This document shows positions 38,857 through 50,800 of a DNA stretch of 64,000 nucleotides, one piece after another. Both the position numbers and the translations under genes were made by a program. Within the stretch, counting starts at the first letter, position 1, and every line of letters begins with the position of its first letter. This stretch comes from Enoplolaimus lenunculus. Its lineage: Eukaryota. Below the pieces are notes generated by a model that saw only the letters and a program-made list of their open reading frames with translations, had not been told where the DNA came from and made no database searches. Where the stretch lies: NCBI GenBank assembly GCA_030248215.1, contig JASANG010001107.1, positions 124,001 to 188,000 of the forward strand, given 5' to 3'.

Positions 38857-41800
38857 ATTATTATCATGGCAATCATGAACAGCTAAACTCTGTTTTCGCA
38901 GTTTCAACAGAAGCAGCTCAGACGGCAAGGTGGCACCGAATCCACTATTTGATCGAATCCGAATCCAAATCCTACATGTTGCAATTTTCAGATATCTATA
39001 ATTTGTATCAGAATATCAGCGCAATGATATAGCATAACTGTTAAACGTTAATATATTTCTTACTCGACCTAAGTTCTGAGATTTGTGACTTGAAACTAAA
39101 AGTACTGATTTATGTAACAAGTTATTTAAAATTTTTATTGTTTAAAAATGAAAAAACATTGCCGAGCACTGTTGGATTGGCCTTTTCCACAACCGAATCC
39201 GAATCCGAACCATATATTTTACTGAATCTGAATACGAACCTTTGTTGCCACCCTGTCAGATAGATGTCAATATTATTAAGATGCCCTATGTTAATGCGCG
39301 AGACAGTGATGATCACTAAACAATGAACGAAAAAAACTTACGAAACAATAATAAAACACAATGCTTAAAATTTGCAACGTTCACCTGCGTTGACTCGGTA
39401 GCTCCAGTCATAGCTCTCAAAAATTCGGGCCACTCAATCGTTCCTGAGCCTAAAAATGTAAAAGTAATAGTTAATTACAAATTGATGTAATGTGACGGAT
39501 GAATAACAGAAAAACTAGTCTTACAGATTTACCACGTGTTGTTCTATTGCAAGCAGTATCGAACACCAGTACATTTCCACAGTGCTCAAAATCCATTGAT
39601 AATAATTTATCAATAAACAAGAAAGGAAAAACGTGTATGGCAGCAAAGTTGATGAAACCGTTTTAACAGTTAGCACATTGACAATTCTCCCTCTGAGTTA
39701 TACTTCATTTGAAAATTAAAAGACACATAACGTACACCGTCCTTGCATGCTCTTAGTTTATTTCTCGTTGTTAAACATAACAAGCTTACCATCGAAATCC
39801 GCTTCGGCAATCAAATCTTTTACCCATCTTTGAGATGGCTTCATCCCGCATGCTTTAATGGCTTCATGAATTTCAGCTAGCGTTATGCATCCGTCACCAT
39901 CTTTGTCAAAAAGCTTGAAGGCCATTCGATATCCTGCACAAAAATTAAATACTAAATAACCTACAACCCAACCAGCTCAATAGGGCTTGCCTTTTATGCA
40001 AAACCATTGAAAATTATTTGCATTAAGCTATGCTAATAAAAACAAATTGATCTCTAGTTCGCAAGAGACCAGTCTTAATGACCCCTGGGCCCCGTGACAT
40101 AGCCAAACGTTTACCTGGAGTTTAAAGCATCCAAACAAATTCTGGTCATGTTCTGTTTCACGAAACAGATCTTTAAAGGCGCCTAGACAGTAACTTCGAT
40201 TCACTAAAATTATTTCAAATAAATATTGCACACATATTTCTATAGTTTATTACCAATTACACTTTCAATGTAACTTACGATCTATTGTGTCTTGTGATAA
40301 AGCGTAAGTCTAAAAATACCAAGTAAATTGATTATATCATTATATGTATGTAACAAAATAAATCAGATTTGCTCATGGTAACGTCAACACACAAACTCAC
40401 TTTTTAGATTTATATAGCGTAAACAAGATATATACTTATTTTAAGTTGGAAGCTGCATTGGGGACATAAGTTTTGCCATAACATTTAAAAATGCATATTA
40501 AACTGGCACAAAAGCTTAAGAGGGACTAAAACGTTAAGAATATTACATTATTCTTAGCGGCAACTAAGTATTTTACATACCGTTTTAGCGTAAATATCCA
40601 TGTACTGGCTTAGCTGCGTTTCCAGACGGAAATTTTTCGTTTGTAGCAATTCTAGTTCTGCTGCACTAGATTCCTACAATTAATTCTTGCACAAATACAA
40701 TCACTGTTTCGGCTTCACAAAACTACTATTAACATACATTATTTTAATTTCGTGGTAAACCTAATTTGCAATGTTTCATAACTTTAAAATTTTTGCATTT
40801 CAAACTCTGCTATTGCAAAACGCAGGTGAACGGACCTGGTTAGAAAACTGAAACCTCGGAGTAAAGCATTTCATGTATTTTGTCAGATATGGATACGAAC
40901 ACGAAAAATCTAGGTTTTAACAGCGTTTTTTTAATCCTAATTGTTGACAATAATTATTTTGTTATCGAAATAATTTTAATTGTAGTTCCAGTCTCGAAAA
41001 GAACTGATTTCGGAAAACTACTTTCACAAGCCATGAGGACGAAAATACAGTGTTTATTATTGGGACATGAATGGATATTTTTAAAAGCAAAAATCCCAGC
41101 AAGAAGTTCGTGCTATTACAACGCTTAATGAATTTCTTTGTGGGATATTTCACTCTGCATACTTTATTTTCGTCACTATTGTTAGTTGCTGCCGAAGCCA
41201 GCCGTTGCTGGAGTTCCTGAACATTGCGCTCAGCGTTCATCAAATTTTCACTCAATGTCATTATTGTTCGCTCCTTTTCTTTTAAACTAAACAAAAAAAG
41301 AAAAACACACTACACCGATATAACGCTGAAGCAAAGATTCGTTTCTTACTTAGCGTATGTCGGCTGTCAAACTGACGGTCAATACCTATAACCTACCCGT
41401 AGCCAAGTAGGACTCAGCCTCACAAGAAATAAATTGGACCCATTGGAAGTTTAGCTTTGCATCGTTATACGTATGTATTTAATAAACTTGATTCTTATTA
41501 TTAATCCACTCATTAAGCGTAAAAAAATAATGCGTTTGCACATTTAATACAAGATGTAAATTTCAGAACGGAAAACGCGCAACTTGATAACTACGCGCTA
41601 AAATCAGATTTACACAATTATAACAAAATAAAAATCAAGCCAAAATTGCAGTGAACAGCCAGAAATATCTCAAACGCAGTCATTTTTCTTAATCGCAACA
41701 ACTGCTATCGATTTAAATGAAACCCGAATGAGCTACTGCTCACCAAGCAATATCAGGCATAGACGAAGGAGAAGATTGCTGAGCACCAGCTTCAGTAAGG

Positions 41801-44800
41801 GTGACAAAATTCACCTCCTAGAAATAAACGTATCGTTAATTTATTACAATGCTGCAGCAGTAACAGTAGAATCCACTAAAATCTTCATGGTATATACCAG
41901 TTCAAAATTTTTTTGGCTTAAAATCCGATAACAAAACCTGACATTGATTTTCAGTTCCGAGAATATGCGAACACCGTTTAACCGTTGCCGCATGTCAACG
42001 ACAAAATTAATTTAATTTGCATTTTACAACGAATGGCATCGGTTTAAATTTCATTTTCAAGCGACTGACGTCAAATGGACGGACAATCGCATCCCAATTA
42101 CCAGGATGCAAAACGGAACTGAATTATACCGGAATCGGAAGAGCAAATTTATACCGGAATCGGAATCGAAACTACAAATTTTGTGACGATATACGGATTT
42201 GTATTAACAGGTATAATTTTGATTTAGGGCATCTGTTGACTGGCAACAATTCTCAAAAACATGGCAAGAACAAATTGGCAACCTAAATTACATTCAAAAA
42301 CTGATAGGTTAACTCATCGAAAACAATTTAATAGATAAATGATGCAAAAAATTTGTGCAACATATAGCAATAGGACTAAAATTAAAATGCCAAAATTCCG
42401 ATTCCGATTGATTGTGCATTCGGAATCGGAACTAATTTTAAATCGGAACAGAAATCGAAATCGAAATTCCGGTTGCAGCCGGACAATTACTGCACACAAT
42501 TTTGGCATTTTTTTAGCTCAATCTCGAGTGGCGTGGCTTTTTAGAAGGCACACAAGATAAAAAGCATTGGTAAAAAAAATTTTGGAATGTTTCGTTATCA
42601 CCCTCGGGACTCGGGTAGTGACTTTTGGAAACGTACCTCAATAGTAGACTTTAACCGTGCGATTTCAGCATCGCGGGAACTTAACGTCTCCTTTAAAAGC
42701 GATATCTCATCATTCAAAGCACTGTATTCGGTTTTCAGTTGAGCAAACTGATTTCTATAATGATTAAAAGCACGTACTGTTCCGCAGTTTAAAAAAACCA
42801 TAGCCGTGTATCAGGGTAAACCAGAAATTATCATCCATTTAACGATGCAAGTATTTTGTTGCAAAATTTTAAGCTGATCTCTACCAAAGTTCATATTTAG
42901 ATGTTTTCAAGTTAGTCATCCGCTTTATGAAACAAATTTTGCTACAAAAACGTATGTTGCCACTTATTGAACGTGTCGAATTTTCTATAATTTTCATACA
43001 AACCAATCATACAGTTATTTTTCACAATTCTTAACGCAAATAAGTCAACAAACACATAATTCTGAATTTCAAACATTCTATTTCGCAAATAATTGTCACA
43101 TGCCGCTAAATATATAATTAATTAATAGATTAAAGTACACCGAGACACTTCCTACATATTTGTAACGTCGGACATTGCTACCGCAGATGCAGAAAATTTT
43201 AATTCCATGAAATAACTTAGCTACTAAGCCTGCTATATAATGTATATACGTACAGCGCCGACTTATTGCGTGTCCAAATGAACTAGTGACTGTTCCTGTG
43301 AACGAGCTCCTAAACATTCTCAATACGCACTGCAGTATTTTTTGCCATTTATGGTTATTAATGTATTTTGATAGTTTTTCAATTCATTTTTCAAAGGTTT
43401 ATATTTATTAATACAATCCGCGTAGACTGTAGCTACCAATAATAGAATTAATACCACAAATACGCAGATACTGAATTAAAATCAACAACAATAATAACTA
43501 AAAGCAAAAACAAAAACGGGTATATTCAGATGGGTAGCAGGAATTTTACAGCACACTACTTACTACTATTTACACTTGTTGTCTCAGAATAACATTCAAC
43601 AAGGTTTGGAATGAAAACCATCAGGAGCAGGCTACCAATAGATACCGATTCCAGCTCCGACAACAAACGAACATGTTGAACTACCTGCTCCGGCAATTTT
43701 TGGCATCCGGTTGCAGGGTGTGAATTATCGGATATTTACTTTTGTGGCCCCGAATACCATAAAACTGCTTTTATACACCGGATATAGTATCTTAGTTTGT
43801 GCACATTATTTCTGTTTACTGAATTTAAGTTAATTGGTAACTTGGATTTTTCATTTTTACTTCAGTGTGGAAAACTTGCGCTTTTGACTTGTCCGCAAAT
43901 GTAATCGTAGCACTTCAATATGCCAACTTATACAAAGTAATCGCATGAAATTCGGCACCACAACCGTGAATATCCAGTATTCGGCAGGTTTATACTGGAT
44001 ACCGGAACCGCATCCGATTGTACTCTGAATTCTTCAATTAGCGTAATATAAACGTTTAGTATCAAAATGCAAGCATGTGTGTGCGCGTAAAGAAATAAGG
44101 CATAATGTTATCAAAAGACAAAAAACTACGATTGCGAAATAATTACCCGTCACCAGGAAAACAAAACTCTGCACTACAGAAGTAGCAAATTGCATCTCAC
44201 GAGTAATGCAAGAGGCATAGTAGGTTCCGGCTTTACGGGCTACCACCACAGCTACCAGTAATTTAACAGCATGAGTAAACAGATAATCTTATTAGTGTTT
44301 CGACTATTTTACGCCGCAAGAGAGACGACGTTCCAGACGATGAGAAGCAAACAAAGCATTTATATGTAATATATCTAAGCAAGCACCGCTGGGCATCTGT
44401 AAAACAAAACTGAAGGAAAATGTGTATATTTATGCTTATTTACTGAACTCATATCTGCTAACGTTAACACTAAAACCCTATGGTGAATATCGCTACAAAA
44501 GTACTGGAAAGATTTGCAGTTAGAAATTTGTGTAAAATTTGGTCTATATACTTGAGATTTTGCGAAGCCTTTTCTAGTTCTACATGATAGTATTATGGTT
44601 TAGATTGCATTCAAGGATCTATACAAGCCGTATATGCATCGTCGCACACTAATAGTTTAAATATTCTCATCGCTGTTTTCTCATCGCAAATCGTCATGCT
44701 GTGCTTTCTGAACAAAAAACAACCTTTCTATTCCAAACTAAAAATAATCTAAACAGGAAACTATAATTAAATATTATATTAAAGACGAAAATTTGGATCG

Positions 44801-47800
44801 TATGAGGCAAATGAAAGACGCGGAAATGTTTAAGTTTTCACAGAATCACACATCAATAAAGTTGTTTTGTTGAACCACTGTCCCATCTGTCGTTGGGTAG
44901 TACCGGGACAGTGTCCAAATTCCATCGACAACAAACTTAAATTCATGCCGACCACGAGGTAAATCAACGATAACCGACCTGCTTCCTTGCTTTGAAAAAT
45001 TACACCTGCTGCTGTTATTAGCATCCGAACGGTCATCAACACGTAAATCACTCATTTCCAGAAAACGATCCCAGTTACAAAAGCCACCAGTCAGCTTGAC
45101 ACTGTTACCCCACGCCTCATGCCAATAAATTGTAGTCGGCTTTAACCCCAAGAACGAAGAAGACTTATTGAGGTTATCCCACTCCATAACGCCGCTCTGT
45201 GTTGTTTTTAACAACGGCATGTCAGACTTCTGATTCTCAACAGCACAGTTACAGCCACCTTTGATTTGCGCAAGCGTGGATTCAGCAGTCATTTCTTCAT
45301 TAGTGTGCAGGTTCGTTGAATTATCAATACTGGGTGAAGTATCTCGATATTCAATTTCTACCTTCTCATCATCAGTTAATAAGGTTTCGCTCCATGTCGC
45401 TTTCTCCAAAGTTTCAGGAACCACGTCCCTCTCAACGCGTCTTGCATCTGCAGTTTTCGGCGAACAGACCCCACTAAAAATAAGAAGTAAAAACATTATC
45501 CGGCCTCAAAACTTCACCAAAACAATGCAGATGCTCAGCAAACAAAAACCATAAAAATAGTTCATAAAAATAGTTCGCGGAAATATATACACAAAAAAAT
45601 ACACTTTACAGCTTATAACAAAAAAAGTTAGCTTATCAGTAATTTATCTCATAAATGGGTTTAATCAGTCACCTTCTTTAGGTTACGCTAAAAATGACCA
45701 TGACCTCAACTTATGTTTCACACTTCTGGTTAGCAGTTTTTCAGAATGCATAAAAGTCTCAAGCTGTAGATAGGGAGATAACAGAACTCCTAAGTGACTT
45801 ATTACGATAATTGTTTAAAGTGATCAAATCGCTACCTCTGAAATGTATTTTTCCATAGTAGCCCAATAATTCAGGGTTCAACCAAATACCAAAATATCAG
45901 AGCTGAATACTTCAATATAGGGCTTTAATAATTTTGCCCCTGCGAGGGTCTTGGTAATAACTGTGTTTCTTATTCTTGGTATACCTATACACCGCAGCAG
46001 GTGGATGTCAATTTTTTGCGGTAGTCAGATATTAGGGTGCGCCCTATCTGCAGCACATTAATATACGTATAATAAAAAGAGTAAACAGGTTAAAAATGAA
46101 AAAGTTCTACGAGGGTCAAAATAAAGGTGCCAAAAACGAAAGCCACAAAAACAAATCCCAAACTAAAATAATGTGCGTTACGTAATAAAAACTATACGTG
46201 CTTGAAAGTTTAAGTGTTTAGAAGAACTCAAGAAGTTGTTTAAAGTACAATTCGGGACGTTCGCGTAGGCGAGTGTATTGAACAATTTATGCACTATGAC
46301 ATATAAAAATTATTCTGGCTTGCCCGAACGTTTCCACAGCAGATTTCGTTTGGAAAAAATCGACGAATAAGATTACTTTACTGGTTACCGAACTTCCGTG
46401 GTTACCGAACTTCCGAAGGTAAGTACGTAGTCAATTTTGTGTATTTAGCAGAGCTCAGCTCACTGATTAAAAGTTTTCAGTATGCATCCACAACCAGTTC
46501 GCAGCGATAAGTAACCGGTTAACCGGGTGTATTGAGCAGAGCTCACTGATTAAAAGGTTTGACAATGCATCCAGGACCAGTTTGCGAGTCTAAATTCAAC
46601 GTTTGAGTATCTAAAAATTTCCCTGTTTTAACGAGATGTCATTGTCCGCCCCACAAAAAGTGTAAAAATTGAGCCATTTTTGATACATTGTTATACAAAA
46701 ACAGCTTGCGAATATTTGTAAGTAACAACTGGTGCGAGTAGTATCTTACAAAAAATGTCGATTTCAAGAACTGTCATAATACTTCCGACTTGTTCGTTAA
46801 TTTTGAATGAGAAACAATGAGTGACCAATATCACACCCAAGCATTATAATATTATGCGCCGTTCACAATAATTTTGTCAACGGTGCCACAAAATATGCCA
46901 TAGCCCAAGGCTATCACGAGGTCATTTTTAAAATGACCTCGTGATAGCCTTGGGCTATGGCATATTTTGTGACACCGTTGACAAAATTATTCTGAACGGC
47001 GCATAATATTATAATGCTTGGGTGTGATATTGGTCACTCATTGTTTCTCATTCAAAATTAACGAACAAGTCGGAAGTATTATGACAGTTCTTGAATGAGA
47101 AACAATGAGTGACCAATATCACACCCAAGCATTATAATATTTTGCGCCGTTCACAATAATTTTGTCAACGGTGCCACAAAATATGCCATAGCCCAAGGCT
47201 ATCACGAGGTCATTTTTAAAATGACCTCGTGATAGCCTTGGGCTATAAGCGAAATCGCTTATAGCTCAGGGCTATCACGTGTCAGCACCGTCCTCGAAAC
47301 TCGTGATAGCCCTGAGCTATCACAAAATTTCCTCTTCTATATATATTTATATTCATAACACACATATGTTTATGTGTGTTATGAAACGTGATACCAGCAA
47401 ATTCATTTTTAAAATTTTAATCCTCTGCTCTGCACGATAGCTCAATGCTATGAGGAGTTTTGTGGCAAACCTTAAATTTTGAAACACTGAGTGGACTTGG
47501 AAAAATTTTCACGCTTTACAGACTGAAAAATTTTTAGGCGTAAGGTGTCTAGAAATATTTTGAACAAAGTGGAAAAAATTTTCAGGCGTAAGGGTGTCTA
47601 GAAATATTTTCAGGCGTTTTATGGAGTGTCTACAAACTTTGCTGAAAGTCGTGCACTGCTCTTTATACATGGGCCTTTTATTTTCAGAACGCGTGATCCA
47701 AATCAATTGTGGGCGACTGACACGCAGTCAGAATTGATCAGAATGGCATTCAACAATACGCTTTTTACGGCAACTGATATTTTGTCAGACACTTTTTTGG

Positions 47801-50800
47801 CCAATGTAAACAACAGGGGCGAAACAAAACCATATAAGCCTTGGGCTAAGCCTATACAAGCAAAAAAATTTAATCTATAAAGCCTAAGCTACTCTAATGA
47901 GTCGTAAAATATGTAGTATTCAAGTGTTTTATGTATAGTATATAAAAATATAGAAGTTACGGCCCATGTAAACATCAGGGGCGCAGAGTTTTTCTGTTTG
48001 ACTAGAATAGAGTATATAAGCTTTAAGCGCTCGCCTCTGTTCTTTACATTATCCGAGGTTATACTAGCGACGAACCCAAGTACCCAAAATCTCCAATAAC
48101 GAAACATTTTAATCCGCATCAGGTGTTGGATTTCTCTTAATACTTGGCACTCAAGCCATAGTCGAACCTATGAATTTATATTGGAATTTATCGTTTATCA
48201 AATTATAAAACAGTTAGCAATAAAAAACTAATACGTTCTCGAAATGTACCGTAGTACTCGTTTTCACAATATAAAATTAAACTTTCAACGGCGATTATTT
48301 TTGTTTCTGTAAAATGCTGACTTTTGCTTTTGTAATGCTAAACTACAATCAACTGATTTGACTCTGAGTCTACACAAATGTCGGGACGGGCTCTTTTATA
48401 CCATAAAATTTGAGTATCATTGGCTCCCTCTCTTTCATATCTTTAGCAGTAAAACTAGCTGACCGGCTAACTGACCTAGCAGTAAAGGGTAAATGGACTA
48501 GGTATATCTTTCGTACCATAAAATTTTCCATCTTCCTCAAAATTTTAAAAATCGAACGGTGCCACAAAATTTGCCCTAGTTCAGGGCTAAAACGAATATT
48601 TGCAAATTTTAAGATGTGTAACTTGATAGCTTTGTGTGTTGTTTGTGTGTTAATTTGCGTTGTGTGCGTTTGTATTGTGTTTGTGTATGTGGTGTGAGTG
48701 GCTAAATTCGAGGTGGTTTGTGATAGCTCAGGGCTATCACGAGTTTCGAGGACGGTGCTGACACGTGATAGCCCTGAGCTATAAGCGATTTCGCTTATAG
48801 CCCAAGGCTATCACGAGGTCATTTTAAAAATGACCTCGTGATAGCCTTGGGCTATGGCATATTTTGTGGCACCGTTGACAAAATTATTGTGAACGGCGCA
48901 TTAAAAGCAATTTTACAATGAAAAGGTTAAAAGCGTAACACTACTCCACTTGGCTTCGAGCCAACCAAGCTACCAGAAATTTAATCGCTGCACCTATTTT
49001 AAAAATTGAACATTACATATCAATCTTATTCGCTCGCACAATGAAATTCAGTTTTTCTCATGCACGCCCTCAAGCAGTTTAAAGATAGAACGAAAGTAAT
49101 GGATGAACTTAATCGTTGCGTATTTGCAGTATAAGAACTTGGTAGTTTCAAGTGGTTAACGCGATCAAATTTTATTCCCAACACGTTATTTACGACTTTA
49201 TGGCAATGAGTAGATTAATCAAAGTCTGTAATAAAAGTGGAAGAATTATTACTCTTACCATTGGTTTAATTGAACGAAGTGACAAGCAGGGTGCAGTACA
49301 TCGTTAATTATACCGGATTCGAAGCAGGATATTTATACCGAAATCGGAATTAGATATTTTCAAAGCCAATATTTTTTACATACGGAGTCTTATTATATGC
49401 AATTACATAGTATGCGACAGATAAGCATAATGTACCTGATTTAGCATGCATATTATTTATGCTTTTGTAATAATTTATATGTTTATATAAGAAATGTGCG
49501 CTGAAAACGGATATACGCACCGGTTATGCAACTTAAAAGTACTACACTATTTTAAATGATACAGGTTAGAAACTACGTATAATTTTACGATATCAATTAA
49601 TTATATATACCTGCAATCTGAATCGGAAGTTAGTTTCAGTCAGAATTCTAATTGGAATCAGAATCTCGTTTGCACCTTGGCAATAAGTAAAGTTGTACTG
49701 AAAAATGTGTAGCATCACACAAAGGTTAGCCACTCAACACCAATATTCACGAAACAATGTGCCAGGGAAGGGCCGTTTTATGTCAAGCATGCTCGTGTGC
49801 TCTACTAACTTTATTTTCACTTCTTCACCACTGGCTGAGACAACATTAGACATTTCCATTTGTAGATTCGCACACTGCGCTTCTGCATTCTTTTGCGCAA
49901 GTTTCGCATCATGTAAATCAGTTTCCAAATGGGTTATGCTGAAACTAGACGCCATAGTTCAATTAAATAATAAAACAAAAAACGAGTAGAATTAACAAAC
50001 AGTGCATTGGGCTTTCCGACAGTAACCTATTGGTTCAAATTGGTGTAACATAGGTACAGTAAAATTAATTCGTTGGTGAAATTATTTTTACTTCTACTGG
50101 GGGTCCTGGATTTAACCATCGAAGTCACAATAACACAAGCAAAATACAGCTATCAAATTACGTTGCTTTCATTTCGTCAACTTGACTTTTAAGCGACGCA
50201 GATTCCGCTTGTGACAACTGCAGTGACATTGTCGTTTCTCCAATTTGAGCTTTCATTACTGCGACATCAGCTTCCAACGAGTTTTTGGCGTTTCGAGCAT
50301 TTTCCAATTCTTTGTATCTGAAATATTGATTACGTATTGTCGTGCTGGACACACCATGGTCTTTTGAAGCTTGACATAAAGCATGTATATATGTTCGCCT
50401 TGCATATGGTAATATTCCTTATTTTTGCCAACTCTAGTGGTAATAAGCTCTAGTTTATGAGTAACAGCCAACTCACCAGTCTGTGCTTGCGCTCCGCGGC
50501 GACAGGACATTGATGAAGCGCTGGCGGTAGAATATGTAAAGGGCCCACCAGGGTTCCACCGGAATTCCTGTAAAAATTCGATTCCTGTTCCGGCACTGAA
50601 AGACAGAGGAAATCGAATGTTTACGATTTCGCTGCTAATAATGAAGAACCAGGTAAAAAACAAAAACTTACGCCTCAAAATTTAATAGAAACACAGCTTC
50701 TTTTCACAACTTACGTTCCGTGCTCATATTCCTCATTTTTAGTTATCTGACGCATGTTTCTGTGGAACTTGCAAGACTGGCTATGAAAACCCAAAATAGG

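Noticed and set aside
39385..40309. Independent nested calmodulin gene
   Set aside because: No initiator exon, C-lobe or stop was found. The third exon ends at a phase-0 donor that continues into host coiled-coil exons.
44846..45496. Stand-alone AMPK beta subunit gene
   Set aside because: There is no C-terminal alpha/gamma-binding (ASC) domain, since the stop follows the CBM directly. The apparent N-terminal MFLLLIFS is a polypyrimidine tract and acceptor, so it fits better as a spliced terminal exon.
50477..50520. Extra exon with strong gtgagt donor in RRBP1-like intron
   Set aside because: At 44 nt it is not phase-compatible with the flanking phase-2 exons, and there is no support without RNA data.
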